Assembly (NCBI GenBank): GCA_020630675.1
Contig: JAHDIR010000001.1
Span: 89,015-153,014, forward strand
Length of the DNA: 64,000 nucleotides
DNA from: Bdellovibrionales bacterium
GTDB taxonomy: Bacteria > Bdellovibrionota > Bdellovibrionia > Bdellovibrionales > UBA1609
Direction of reading: 5' to 3'
Shown here one piece after another: positions 30,322 through 40,742 of this stretch. The notes beneath the pieces were generated by a model that was not told where the DNA came from, searched no databases, and saw only the letters and a program-made list of their open reading frames with translations. The position numbers were made by a program, and so were the translations under genes. The first letter of the stretch is position 1; each line of letters opens with the position of its first letter.

Positions 30322-31503
30322 ATGTTTAAGCCGCTTTTATTTTTAGTTATAATATTATTTACAAGTGGGGTTGTCTCGGCCGCAGATGCAAAAAAAGTGG
30401 TTGATTCCGGGGTGAGCCAACCCTATGTCGGCGCCCGAGCTCTTGGTATGGGAAATGCCTTCACGGCTGTGGCAGATGATCATAATGCCATTTTTTACAA
30501 CCCGGCTGGCTTGGCTCGAAAAACGAAAAGTGACTTGAGATTATTTTTTACAGGCTCTGTCGACCCTGACCTTCTAGATTTTGTTGATGAAGCTGATAAA
30601 ACCATTTCTGCCAGTGTAACCGACTCCGAAAAAATAACTAATATGTCCAATTTATTACAATCCAATTTTGGTGAGTTTTTTCATGCAAGGGTTTTAGGGC
30701 CTTCCGTTTTTTGGACCAAAAAGAACTGGGGAGTCGCTTTTATTCCCGTAAATATGGAGTTTAATACTAAGTTTCAAAATTTCGTAGCCGGGCCCGGGGC
30801 TGGTATAGACACTAATATTGATTCAACTTTGGCCTTGTCTTACGCAAAAGACGTAGATTGGTTGGGTGACAACCATTGGTTGTCTTGGGGAGTAACGGGT
30901 AAGTTGGTGAATCGAATTGGCGTAAATAAGGCTTTCTCCGCTGCTGATGCTGTTGTTAGTGATGAATTTTTTGATATTGATAAAGACGGTCGTGAAGGAA
31001 TGACTTTAGATTTTGACGTGGGTTTTTTATGGACCCCAAAAATTTCTCAAAGTTCTTTTTTACAGTACGCCGAACCCACATTTTCTGTCAGTGTAAAAAA
31101 TATTTTAGATTATGGTTACCCTATAAAGTTAGGGTTAGTTTCAGAAAATAAAGATGACGATCCTGTGAAATTGGGACGACGTTTAGATTTTGGCTCCGCT
31201 TGGCGTTTACCAGGCTTTTGGGTTTTTGACACAGTGGCGGCCGTAGATATAAGAGACATTGGTCAAGACAATTGGACCTTCAATAAGTCTTACCATGCTG
31301 GTGTCGAATTTCATTGGACAATGAAGCAATGGTGGCAAGGGCACTGGAGCGTAGGGGTAAATCAAGGCTATTTATCTGCTGGATTTGGTGGTCGCATTGG
31401 TTGGTTCCAGATGGACCTAGCTTTCTGGGGCGAAGAAGTCGGTACAAAAAGTGCTAGAAAAGAAGATAGAAGGTTCTTAGCTGAATTGAGCATGAACTTT
31501 TAA
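30322..31503 (+). CDS. Outer-membrane beta-barrel protein, FadL/PorV-like N-terminal motif
   Basis: Signal peptide. GARALGMGNAFTAVADDHNAIFYNPAGLA motif. Alternating beta-strand pattern and a C-terminal aromatic residue (MNF). Confidence 0.7.
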   Translation: MFKPLLFLVIILFTSGVVSAADAKKVVDSGVSQPYVGARALGMGNAFTAVADDHNAIFYNPAGLARKTKSDLRLFFTGSVDPDLLDFVDEADKTISASVTDSEKITNMSNLLQSNFGEFFHARVLGPSVFWTKKNWGVAFIPVNMEFNTKFQNFVAGPGAGIDTNIDSTLALSYAKDVDWLGDNHWLSWGVTGKLVNRIGVNKAFSAADAVVSDEFFDIDKDGREGMTLDFDVGFLWTPKISQSSFLQYAEPTFSVSVKNILDYGYPIKLGLVSENKDDDPVKLGRRLDFGSAWRLPGFWVFDTVAAVDIRDIGQDNWTFNKSYHAGVEFHWTMKQWWQGHWSVGVNQGYLSAGFGGRIGWFQMDLAFWGEEVGTKSARKEDRRFLAELSMNF

Positions 31504-31589
31504 AAATTTCTAAAAAAATTGGAAAATAGAGCCCTTCTTTTTTAACCTGTTCCACTTATGGGGCACAGATCATTTGTTGAGGGCTTTTT

Positions 31590-32270
31590 TTATTGTAAAA
31601 GGTCAATTAAAGTTTGGCCAATATTTTCAGGAGTTCCTCCACCTTGAATAGCGGCATTCACATCAGCACAGACTTCATTTTCTGTGATATCGGCTTCGGC
31701 ACAATAAATGTCATACATGCTTTCGGCGGAGTTACCAATGGCTTCTTTGCAGGCGGTTTGCCCTTCACAGTTGGTTAGCATTTGTGGTACGTCCACCGAC
31801 TCAATGTCGGTGTTTTCATCAATGGTCCCGGCTAAGCCAAGTTGGTCAGCAAGAACAGTTCCCATATTGGCGGCATCGGCAATAAATTCCAAGCCTTCAC
31901 TGCTTGTGCCGGTGCAAACTTGCGCTAAAGTGTTAGAGGCAGAGACAGAGTTTAAAGTGAAAAGCGTCATAAACTTGGCCTCTTTGTTGGCCGTAGCCCC
32001 TTCTTCTTCAAGAACCTCAAAGGCTGCAATCACTCGGTCGTTGGAAAGACCAGCTAAGCCAAACTCTATGGAGCAAGCTACACGTTTGGCCTCAGGAGAG
32101 TTTAAACCTTCAATCATTGTTTTGCAGACGGCAAGTTTTGCTGGGTCATCATTACTGGAATTTAAACACTCTTGAGCTTGATTTATTTTATCGTCATCTT
32201 CAGATTCACAACCGACAGTAAAAAAAAGTAAAGCGCATAAACCAAAAGAAAATAATTTTTTTTGTATCAT
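31590..32270 (-). CDS. Acidic Cys-rich lipoprotein, hypothetical
   Basis: ATG 32270 is preceded by AAGGA. Lipobox FFTVGC. 10 Cys, very acidic. Visibly more GC-rich than its neighbours. Confidence 0.65.
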   Translation of the reverse strand: MIQKKLFSFGLCALLFFTVGCESEDDDKINQAQECLNSSNDDPAKLAVCKTMIEGLNSPEAKRVACSIEFGLAGLSNDRVIAAFEVLEEEGATANKEAKFMTLFTLNSVSASNTLAQVCTGTSSEGLEFIADAANMGTVLADQLGLAGTIDENTDIESVDVPQMLTNCEGQTACKEAIGNSAESMYDIYCAEADITENEVCADVNAAIQGGGTPENIGQTLIDLLQ

Positions 32271-32389
32271 AATAATCCTTGTTGACTCATTTAACCTGGC
32301 CTTTAAGCCTGCTAACTTCTCGTCAAAAGTCGACAAAGAGTTAAGCTTTAAATTAAAAAAAAATTAAAAAAGGGAATGATTGAATCATT

Positions 32390-33499
32390 ATGAAAAACCT
32401 CTGTAAAATAGAGATCATTATGTTTAATTTTTTTTCGTCTCTTTTTAAGACTTTTTGTCTCTTAGTCATTTCATTGGCTACTTTGGTTTCATGTTCAAGT
32501 GCAGGTAAATTTTGGTCTCAGTGGCAAAATACTGAAAACCGTGACTTTGAAAAACTGGTGACGGTAGAAGAAGTTGAGGTTATACCTATTGCTGCCCCTG
32601 CAGTTAAGCCTTTAAAGAAAAAAGAAAACTTACAGTCAATCAAGCCTAAGGTGAGAGAAAAGAAGGCTTCACCCCCTCTTAAAAAGACAAAACCTATGTT
32701 AAAGAAAAAGGCTCCTGTTGTAGAAAAAAAAATGGAGATTAAAAATGAGCCTCTTAAGAAAAAAGAAACCACTTCAAAAAAGTCGGTCACTGTGAATGCA
32801 CAATTAATGGAGAGCTCTCCCTTTAGGGTTGGGCAGAAAACTAAAATTGCTGTCAGCTATTTAAATATGACAGCTGGGCACCTGACCTTAGAAACTAAAA
32901 AAATGGTCAAGGTTAATGGTCGCCTTTCTTATCACTTTAAAGCCTTTGTACAGTCTCGGCGTGCTTTTTCTTTTATATATTCTGTGGAGGACTCTGCCAA
33001 CACTTATGTGGATGTAGAGAATTTAAGGCCCTACACTTTAGAGTTTTTAGCAAAGGAAACTAAAAAGATTAAAGAAAGTAAAACTTTTTTTGATTGGTCA
33101 AAAATGAGAGCGACCTATTGGAGTCGCAAGGTGAAAAAGGGAAAAAAACCTAAAGAGAGCAAGAAAACTTGGAATATAGTGGAGGGCTCGCAAAACTTTG
33201 TGAGTGCTTTGTTTTACTTAAGAACTATTGATTTTTCAAAAAATAAGACCTTTAGCTTTCCATTGGCTGATGAAGGAAAAAATATAACTTTAAAGGGTAA
33301 GGTCCTTGGCAAAGAGGTGATAAAAACAGAATTAGGTAAGATGGAAGCTTGGTTAGTGGAACCTGAGTTTCATATTAAGGGCAGCCTCACCCCCGTTGGG
33401 AAAGTTCATATTTGGTTTAAAGCCGATGCCTTTCAAGAGCTAGTGAAGCTGGAAACTCAGCTTAAGTTTGGTTCCATTGTTGGTGAAATCGTAAGATAG
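32390..33499 (+). CDS. Lipoprotein with Lys-rich linker and DUF3108-like C-terminal domain
   Basis: Lipobox LVSC, then a KKK/PLKKK low-complexity linker. The C-terminal beta-rich region resembles DUF3108. The start could instead be ATG 32420. Confidence 0.6.
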   Translation: MKNLCKIEIIMFNFFSSLFKTFCLLVISLATLVSCSSAGKFWSQWQNTENRDFEKLVTVEEVEVIPIAAPAVKPLKKKENLQSIKPKVREKKASPPLKKTKPMLKKKAPVVEKKMEIKNEPLKKKETTSKKSVTVNAQLMESSPFRVGQKTKIAVSYLNMTAGHLTLETKKMVKVNGRLSYHFKAFVQSRRAFSFIYSVEDSANTYVDVENLRPYTLEFLAKETKKIKESKTFFDWSKMRATYWSRKVKKGKKPKESKKTWNIVEGSQNFVSALFYLRTIDFSKNKTFSFPLADEGKNITLKGKVLGKEVIKTELGKMEAWLVEPEFHIKGSLTPVGKVHIWFKADAFQELVKLETQLKFGSIVGEIVR

Positions 33500-33641
33500 T
33501 TGGCCTTTAGTTTTTTGGGCCCATAAATGACCAAAAACTCCCAAAGTCTCCCTTGTTGTCGGCTGAAATAAGACTTTATTTGCTAATGAATTTATTTTGG
33601 TGTAGTCCTAAATTTTAGGGTTTTAACTTTGTTGGGTGCCA

Positions 33642-35045
33642 ATGTCTCAGGTAAAAATTTTAATTGTTGATGACGAGCTAGAGCTTAGAAAAAGCATCAA
33701 AGCCGTTATTAATTCAAATATTAAAGATAAAGATATCTATTTCTCCGAAGCCGAAGATGGTGAAGAGGCGGTCAGTAAAGTTAAAGCAGAGCATTTTGAT
33801 TTAGTGCTTATGGACGTTAAAATGCCTAAAATGACAGGCCTAGAAGCCTTAAAAGTCATTAAAGAGTTCAATGCTAGAACTTTCATTGTGATCATGACGG
33901 CTCATAGTAATTTACAAGATGCCGTAACAGCCATTAAAGAAGGGGCTTACGATTATTTAGCTAAGCCAGTCGACCCCCAACAATTAGCAAAAATAGTAAA
34001 TAAAGCCTTTGAAACCCAAGAGATGGTCTCTGACTTAGCTCTATCAAAACCCATTTTTGTGGATGATATTGAGTCTGAGTTGGTGGGTGAGTCTGAAAAA
34101 ATGTCTGTGATTTATGATTTAATTAGTCGCTTAAGCAATGTTGATACGACCGTCTTAATTCGTGGAGAAAACGGAACGGGTAAAGAGCTGGTGGCAAAAG
34201 CTATTCATCAAAACTCTCCAAGAAAACATGAGGACCTTATTACGATCAATTGTGCCGCTATTCCTGAAAACCTTATTGAAAGTGAACTCTTTGGTCACGA
34301 AAAAGGCGCTTTTACTGGAGCTCATACACGGCAAATTGGTAAGTTTCAAATGGCCACCAATGGCACTATCTTTTTAGACGAAATAGGTGAACTTGATATA
34401 GAGTTACAAGCTAAGTTGTTGCGTATTTTACAGGAAAGAACTTTTATTCCTGTGGGAGGTACCAGAGAGCTCAAAACTAATGCTCGAATTATAGCTGCCA
34501 CAAATCAAAATTTAGAAAAAATGATCGAAGAAAAAACTTTTCGACATGACCTTTTTTATAGAATTAACATTATGCCTATTTTCTTGCCGCCTCTTAGGGA
34601 TCGACGGGAAGATATTAAACGCTTAGCTCTTCATTTTTTAGAGGCTCAGTGCCAAAAAATGAATAAGACTGGCTTTTCTTTTAGTAAAGAAACCCTTTCC
34701 TATATGCAAAAATATAGTTGGCCGGGCAATATTCGAGAGCTGCAAAATTGCATTGAAAGAGCGCTTATTTTAAGTGCTTCAGGTGTGATTGAGCCAGAGG
34801 ATTTGCCTGAAAAAATAATTCAAGAAGTGAAAAAAAATGTAAATATAGATTACCCGCAAAACTATGTTGGCCCTTTAGATTATGACACCTTTAAAGCAGA
34901 CGCCGAAAAAGAATTTATTGTGAATGCCTTAAAAGCAAATAAAGGAAAAATTAATAAAACGGTGGCTCATGCCAATATTCCTAAAAATACTCTGTTAAGA
35001 AAGATTAAAAAGTATAATATTGATGTCAAAGAATATTACGATTGA
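33642..35045 (+). CDS. Sigma-54-dependent response regulator (NtrC family)
   Basis: Receiver domain (ILIVDDE...LVLMDVKMP), AAA+ domain (GENGTGKE, EKGAFTGA) and a C-terminal Fis HTH. Confidence 0.92.
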   Translation: MSQVKILIVDDELELRKSIKAVINSNIKDKDIYFSEAEDGEEAVSKVKAEHFDLVLMDVKMPKMTGLEALKVIKEFNARTFIVIMTAHSNLQDAVTAIKEGAYDYLAKPVDPQQLAKIVNKAFETQEMVSDLALSKPIFVDDIESELVGESEKMSVIYDLISRLSNVDTTVLIRGENGTGKELVAKAIHQNSPRKHEDLITINCAAIPENLIESELFGHEKGAFTGAHTRQIGKFQMATNGTIFLDEIGELDIELQAKLLRILQERTFIPVGGTRELKTNARIIAATNQNLEKMIEEKTFRHDLFYRINIMPIFLPPLRDRREDIKRLALHFLEAQCQKMNKTGFSFSKETLSYMQKYSWPGNIRELQNCIERALILSASGVIEPEDLPEKIIQEVKKNVNIDYPQNYVGPLDYDTFKADAEKEFIVNALKANKGKINKTVAHANIPKNTLLRKIKKYNIDVKEYYD

Positions 35046-35058
35046 AATGAGTTAAAGG

Positions 35059-36870
35059 CTAACTAATGGGTAGTTTGAGGTTAACTTGTGTTCCTTCGCC
35101 AAGCTGACTGTCAATATTGATGTTTCCTCCATGCAACTGTATAAAGTACTTAACCAGGTATAAGCCTAATCCAGAGCCTTTGGTTTTTTGTTTTTGATCT
35201 TTGGAGCGATAAAACTTTTCAAAAATATGCTCAAGTTCATCACTAGCAATTCCAGGCCCTGTATCTTTAATAATAATATGAACATGAGTGTCTGTTTCAT
35301 AAGTTTTAATATGAATGAGACCACCATTAGAATACTTTATAGAGTTTTCTATAATATTAAGAATCACCTCATAAATTAAAATAGGATCAACCTCGATAAG
35401 AAATAAAGGGTCGAGCTCTGTATTTACCTCCATGCTTTTATCAATCAACATAAACTTTAAATGAGATAAAACTTTTTCAATCACTTTGTTGATGTCACAA
35501 GGCTCTTTGTGCAATTTAAAGCTTTGAGATTCAAGTTTGGTAATTTGTAAAATAGATTGGATGTAACGGTTAAGTTCTTGAGTTTCGTTTCTTAAGGTCA
35601 TTAGATCATTGGAAAACTTATTGTTGGGGTCTGAGCTTAATAGTCGGTCACAAATTCCCTGCATTTTTGCAATAGGAGTTTTTAAATCATGACTAATAAG
35701 GCTTACAAAGTTATTTTTAAGTTGTTGAGTTTGTGTTTGTAGTTTTTGCTCTTCACCGAGTTTCCAGTTTATGTAGTCTTTGACGGTAAGTTGATAGCTT
35801 ATAAAAAGAATGTAAGTGGAAACTATTTGTAAAAGGGGAGCCAAGGTAGGAACCCAGAAGTTTAAATCATCAAATAAAGCAATCGAAACGGCTGTAACTC
35901 CGGCCCCCATCCAAATAAGGTAAATTAAAGCCATAGATTGCGGAAAAATTGACATCACCCAAATAGAAACAATCAGGATGAGAAATAAATACATAACAGA
36001 AGGCAAGAGCTTTAAGTTTTGGATCCAGCGATTTTCTTGGTTATTGTCGACAATATTGGCTGTAATTTCAGCCAAAGACATTTTTCCTAAGGGGGTTTGC
36101 ATAATATGACTCGTTAAGCTTCGAGTGCCAATAATAATGGTCTTGTCCTTAAGGTATGTGTCAGTTTTTTTGTAGCTCAACAGTTCATCCAAAGAGATGG
36201 TCGAAAATGTTCCTGATTTACCTCTGTAATTGATGAAAGCATTTTTTTCATGCTCTTTCATAAGTTGCTTGTTGCGAGAAAGTTGAAACCCTAAGCCGCT
36301 TTTAACACTTAGGCGGTAGGGAAGATGCCTAACGATACCATCAATATCAGGTTGTAATTGGCTAAAAGCAAAGTTGTTGCGAGCAGAGTTGATAAAAGCC
36401 GGAAGCAAGGTGCGACCCTCGCGATCTTTACTAGCTGCCCAAACAAAGTCTTCATGTAGAAACAGTGGGTCTTTTTGGTGGTTTTTTACGATGTCATTGC
36501 TAAAGAAAAAGCTAATACCCACCTTATGAACTTGCATTTGCTGTAAGCGAGTCAGGATGGTCTTCCAAAGCTTGTAGTCCCAGTAATAACGTTCAGAATC
36601 TAGGTTTGTTTCTTTGTAGTACCAGTGTTGTAAGCTTTGTTTGTTGTGATACTTTTTAATATCTGTAGAGCTTAAGTGCAGCAGAACTATATTGGGGGAA
36701 TGGTCTTGGGGGCCACGTAACTGATAGCGATAATCAAATTGTCTATCGGGGGCGATAATTAAAACAGCAATTCCGATGCCCCAGGAAATCATACCTCGTA
36801 ACCATATGGCCTTGCGACGAAAAGCAAAGGTCAGTAGTTTTAGTAGCTTAGGTTTTAAATTGGAGCGCAT
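35059..36870 (-). CDS. Sensor histidine kinase with CHASE2-like periplasmic domain
   Basis: N-terminal TM segment plus an extracytoplasmic domain, a TM cluster, HisKA (SLISHDLKTPI) and HATPase_c (DTGPGI, GSGLGL). Confidence 0.85.
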   Translation of the reverse strand: MRSNLKPKLLKLLTFAFRRKAIWLRGMISWGIGIAVLIIAPDRQFDYRYQLRGPQDHSPNIVLLHLSSTDIKKYHNKQSLQHWYYKETNLDSERYYWDYKLWKTILTRLQQMQVHKVGISFFFSNDIVKNHQKDPLFLHEDFVWAASKDREGRTLLPAFINSARNNFAFSQLQPDIDGIVRHLPYRLSVKSGLGFQLSRNKQLMKEHEKNAFINYRGKSGTFSTISLDELLSYKKTDTYLKDKTIIIGTRSLTSHIMQTPLGKMSLAEITANIVDNNQENRWIQNLKLLPSVMYLFLILIVSIWVMSIFPQSMALIYLIWMGAGVTAVSIALFDDLNFWVPTLAPLLQIVSTYILFISYQLTVKDYINWKLGEEQKLQTQTQQLKNNFVSLISHDLKTPIAKMQGICDRLLSSDPNNKFSNDLMTLRNETQELNRYIQSILQITKLESQSFKLHKEPCDINKVIEKVLSHLKFMLIDKSMEVNTELDPLFLIEVDPILIYEVILNIIENSIKYSNGGLIHIKTYETDTHVHIIIKDTGPGIASDELEHIFEKFYRSKDQKQKTKGSGLGLYLVKYFIQLHGGNINIDSQLGEGTQVNLKLPIS

Positions 36871-36945
36871 TGCTAACGCATAGCAATAGTGACTAGAGAT
36901 GACAAGAGTTATATGGCTTAGCCGTTCACTTTTTGAAAAAGGTCA

Positions 36946-37860
36946 GTGTTTGTGCAGGTAATTCAAGGCTTGGAGAATTTTAAACCCCTGAAAGCTCCCG
37001 TGGTTTTGACCATCGGTAATTTCGATGGTGTGCACCTTGGGCATCAAACCATATTGTCCCAGCTATCTCGTTTGGCTAAATCATGTCAGGGCAAAACTCT
37101 GCTTTTATCTTTTGACCCACACCCAGCACAGGTTCTCTCAAGTCACTATGTGAGCCAAAATATTCAAACTCAAAAACAGTTTTACCAATCCCTTGAGCAG
37201 CAAGGTTTAGACTACCTTGTGATTGAAAACTTTAATAAAAGCTATGCAAACCAAAGTGCCGCTGATTTTTTTAATAAAATTTATAATCAAGTCGGCTTTG
37301 AACATATGGTGATTGGTTATGATTTTAAATTCGGTCGAGGACAAGAGGGTGATTTTCAGTTTTTAAAATTGGCGTCGGCTGAAAAAAGATTTCAGTTAAT
37401 ACAATCCCAGCCCTTTACTTTAAATGAAACCATTGTATCGAGTTCTTTAATTCGTCAAAGCCTAAAAGAAGGTAAAGTTGATGAGGCTTGGAAGTACTTG
37501 GGGCAGCCTTACCAAGTTGAAGGGTGCGTTGTGCATGGGGCTGGTGACGGAAAAAAACTTGGTTTTCCCACCCTTAACTTAGCCAGCGAAAATGATTTGT
37601 TTTTAAAAAAGGGGGTTTACTCCACTAAAGTTGTTTGGAAAGGTGAAGCTTACCCTTCGGTTACAAACTTTGGTCGAGCTCCAACTCTTCACTCCGAAAG
37701 AGACTCTATTTTGGAGTCCCATCTTATTAACTTTGATAAAGATATATACGGACAATCTGTCACCGTAATTTTTGAAAAGTTTATTCGTCCTGAAATGAAG
37801 TTTGCGGGGCTAGATCAGTTGGTTCACCAAATTCAATTAGATATTCTTGCCTGTCAGTAA
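36946..37860 (+). CDS. ribF: Bifunctional riboflavin kinase / FAD synthetase
   Basis: GNFDGVHLGHQ, GYDFKFG and PTLNL...GVY motifs. 304 aa. GTG start. Confidence 0.92.
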   Translation: MFVQVIQGLENFKPLKAPVVLTIGNFDGVHLGHQTILSQLSRLAKSCQGKTLLLSFDPHPAQVLSSHYVSQNIQTQKQFYQSLEQQGLDYLVIENFNKSYANQSAADFFNKIYNQVGFEHMVIGYDFKFGRGQEGDFQFLKLASAEKRFQLIQSQPFTLNETIVSSSLIRQSLKEGKVDEAWKYLGQPYQVEGCVVHGAGDGKKLGFPTLNLASENDLFLKKGVYSTKVVWKGEAYPSVTNFGRAPTLHSERDSILESHLINFDKDIYGQSVTVIFEKFIRPEMKFAGLDQLVHQIQLDILACQ

Positions 37861-37959
37861 ATAATCAGACTATTGTCTAGTTACAAAAAACGTCACCAGA
37901 TAGTAACCTAATAATATTGGAGGCCTATACCAATTTGGTAAAAACCTTCATTGAGAATT

Positions 37960-39678
37960 ATGGAGGATTCTTTGGCGGCAAAAAAGGGGCTAGGCGAGTT
38001 ACTGGTTCGTAAGAATGTTATTAGTTTTGAAGAACTTCAGGAGGCTAAAAAAACTCAGCAGTCTGAAGGTGGTCGTCTTGTATCAGCTCTTGTTCGAAAA
38101 GGTTATGTCAAAGAAAATGAACTTTCTGAATTTTTAGCAAGAGAGCATAACCTTCCAACCATAGACTTAAGTGTATTTGAAGTAGACCCTGAGTTAGTTA
38201 AATTAGTACCTAAAAGAATTTGTGAAAAATATTTAGTTTTTCCAGTTCAAAAAGCTGATCGTACATTAGTGGTTGCTTTTTCAGACCCAAGAAATTTGTA
38301 TGTTAAAGATGACTTAACTCTTATTACACGCTGTAAAATTGAAGTTGTTGTTACCAGTGAATCAAATATTTTAAATGCGATTGAAAATTATTATGAAGGC
38401 AACAACAAGATGGACAAGTTGGTTCGTCACCTTGATGAAGAGGTTGATGAGGAAAACCAACAGGAAGTAGAAGTTATTGATGGAGCCCAAGGTAAAGACG
38501 CGGGCCCCATTATTAAATATGTGAACGCCATGTTAACAGAAGCGATTAAAGCCAAGGCTTCCGATATACACATTGAACCTTACGAAACCCGCTTGCGTAT
38601 TCGATTTCGAATCAATGGTGTTTTAATTGAAAAGCAAGAGCCGCCTCCAGCTGTCGCCAAAGCGATTGTTTCACGTATAAAAGTTCTTTGTAAAATGGAT
38701 ATCTCGCAAAAGCGCTTACCGCAAGATGGTCGACTGAAAGTAAAATTAAAAAATGGTATGAATATAGACTTTCGAGTGAACAGTTTGCCAATGATTTTTG
38801 GTGAAAAAGTTGTTCTTAGGGTTTTAGATAAATCTAACTTGGAAATGGATTTAGTTAAACTTGGTTTTGATGAGAGAGAGTTTAAATTATTTACTGAGGC
38901 GATATATCAGCCTCAAGGTATGGTTTTAATTACAGGGCCCACAGGGAGTGGAAAAACTACGACCATTTATTCTGCTCTTTCTGAACTCAATGTTTCAAAA
39001 AGAAATATTTCTACTGCCGAAGACCCTGTAGAATTTAATTTAGATGGTATTAATCAAGTGCAAATGCATACAGATATTGGATTAGATTTTCCTGCTGTGC
39101 TTCGTGCTTTTTTAAGGCAGGATCCAGAAATTATAATGGTCGGAGAAATTCGAGATTTAGAAACAGGGAAAATTGCCTATAAAGCGGCATCAACAGGTCA
39201 TATGGTTGTAAGTACTTTACATACCAATGATGCGGTATCAACAATTATGCGCCTGATGAATATGGGGCTTCCGGCCTTTATGGTGGCTGAGGCCACCACT
39301 CTCGTTGTTGCCCAGCGCTTGATGAAAACCATTTGTAATAATTGTAGTGAAGACTATAAGCCTGAAAAAAATGTTTTGCTAGATCTTGGAGTTCCTGAAA
39401 ACGAATTAGAATTATATGACAGTATAAAAAAGTCCAATGGTTGCACATACTGTAACGGCACAGGCTTGGCCGGTCGTAAACCTATTTTTGAAGTCTTAGA
39501 GTTTACTGAAAAAATTCAAGCAGCTATTGTTCAAAATGTTGCAGCTAAAGACATAAAAAAAATGGCGGTTTTTCAAGATAATATGAAAACCCTAAGAATG
39601 AGCGCCCTTATACTTTTACAAAGAGGGCTTACTACCGTGGAAGAAGTTATAAACGTCACTGTGAAGGATAAGTTTTGA
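37960..39678 (+). CDS. pilB: Type IV pilus assembly ATPase PilB (GspE family)
   Basis: N-terminal T2SSE_N domain, Walker A GPTGSGKTTT, Asp and His boxes, and a tetra-Cys cluster CNNC...CTYCNGTG. Confidence 0.92.
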   Translation: MEDSLAAKKGLGELLVRKNVISFEELQEAKKTQQSEGGRLVSALVRKGYVKENELSEFLAREHNLPTIDLSVFEVDPELVKLVPKRICEKYLVFPVQKADRTLVVAFSDPRNLYVKDDLTLITRCKIEVVVTSESNILNAIENYYEGNNKMDKLVRHLDEEVDEENQQEVEVIDGAQGKDAGPIIKYVNAMLTEAIKAKASDIHIEPYETRLRIRFRINGVLIEKQEPPPAVAKAIVSRIKVLCKMDISQKRLPQDGRLKVKLKNGMNIDFRVNSLPMIFGEKVVLRVLDKSNLEMDLVKLGFDEREFKLFTEAIYQPQGMVLITGPTGSGKTTTIYSALSELNVSKRNISTAEDPVEFNLDGINQVQMHTDIGLDFPAVLRAFLRQDPEIIMVGEIRDLETGKIAYKAASTGHMVVSTLHTNDAVSTIMRLMNMGLPAFMVAEATTLVVAQRLMKTICNNCSEDYKPEKNVLLDLGVPENELELYDSIKKSNGCTYCNGTGLAGRKPIFEVLEFTEKIQAAIVQNVAAKDIKKMAVFQDNMKTLRMSALILLQRGLTTVEEVINVTVKDKF

Positions 39679-40742
39679 TTAAGTTGCAGCAGTTGTTAAA
39701 GTCATGTGTTCAAGAACAAGCCTCAGATTTACATTTAGTAGAAGGCTCTCCTCCTGTATTAAGAGTGAATGGCACTATGATTAGAATTAAAACACCAGCT
39801 TTATCCTCGCAAGATATTAAAAACTTGGCATATTCAATTATTACGGATGCACAAAAAAATAAATTTGAAAAAACAAGAGAACTAGATTTTGGTTTTTCAA
39901 TCAAAAAAGTCTCACGCTTTCGAGCCAATTATTTTTATCAAAAAGGTGGCATCTCTTGTGCTTTTCGTAGGATCTCCTTAGATATTCCCGTTTTTTCTGA
40001 GTTAGGTTTACCAAGCGTTGTGGGTAATGCAATTAACTTTCCTCATGGTTTAGTTTTAGTGGTGGGCCCTACCGGAAGCGGAAAAACAACGACGATTGCT
40101 TCTTTGCTAAATGAAATTAATTTAACTCGTAAAGGTCATATTATTACGGTTGAAGATCCTATTGAATATTTATATAAGCATGAAAAGTGTATTGTGAATC
40201 AAAGAGAAGTCGGTTTGGATACAGAGGACTTTAAGGTCGCGATTAAACATATTCTTAGGCAGGATTCAGATGTTTGTTTAATTGGTGAGTTAAGAGACCG
40301 TGAGTCCATCGAGCATGGCTTAAAATTAGCAGAAACGGGTCATTTAGTTTTTGCAACACTTCATACTAATTCGGCGCCAGAATCTATTCAAAGAATATTA
40401 AGCATGTTTAGTGGTGTAGAACGTGATCATATCACCGCCATGTTAAGTCAAACTTTGAATGCAATTATAAGTCAAAGATTACTTTCGGGAATAAAAGGGT
40501 CTTATGTCGCTGCTTGTGAATATTTACAAGTGAACTCAGCTGTAAGAAACTTAATTCGTGAGCAAAAGATTCATCAGATTTATACAATGATGCAATTAGG
40601 TCGAGAGAAATCAGGAATGATGACTTTAAATCATTCATTATTAAACTTAGTGTTAAAGCGAAAAGTAGAACTTAAAGAAGCCTTTATGCACTCACCTGAT
40701 CCAGAAGAGTTAGATAAAGCTTTACAAAAAGCTGGGATATAA
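39675..40742 (+). CDS. pilT: Type IV pilus retraction ATPase PilT
   Basis: 355 aa. ASDLHL, GPTGSGKTTT and the AVRNLIREQKIHQI PilT signature. Confidence 0.92.
   Translation: MIKLQQLLKSCVQEQASDLHLVEGSPPVLRVNGTMIRIKTPALSSQDIKNLAYSIITDAQKNKFEKTRELDFGFSIKKVSRFRANYFYQKGGISCAFRRISLDIPVFSELGLPSVVGNAINFPHGLVLVVGPTGSGKTTTIASLLNEINLTRKGHIITVEDPIEYLYKHEKCIVNQREVGLDTEDFKVAIKHILRQDSDVCLIGELRDRESIEHGLKLAETGHLVFATLHTNSAPESIQRILSMFSGVERDHITAMLSQTLNAIISQRLLSGIKGSYVAACEYLQVNSAVRNLIREQKIHQIYTMMQLGREKSGMMTLNHSLLNLVLKRKVELKEAFMHSPDPEELDKALQKAGI

Noticed and set aside
31708-32175. 155-aa plus-strand ORF
   Set aside because: It is antisense to the better-supported lipoprotein gene, which has an RBS, lipobox and signal peptide. 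It is open only because of local GC-richness. Other antisense or shadow ORFs are rejected on the same grounds: 8247..8654, 13976..14332, 20252..20689, 21774..22181, 32518..32790 and 58229..58495.
32600-32790. Repetitive AAGAAAAA-rich DNA as a possible tandem repeat or CRISPR-like array
   Set aside because: It is simply the coding sequence of a Lys-rich linker (PLKKK/KKK) with no regular period or spacers. No CRISPR array was seen anywhere in the window.
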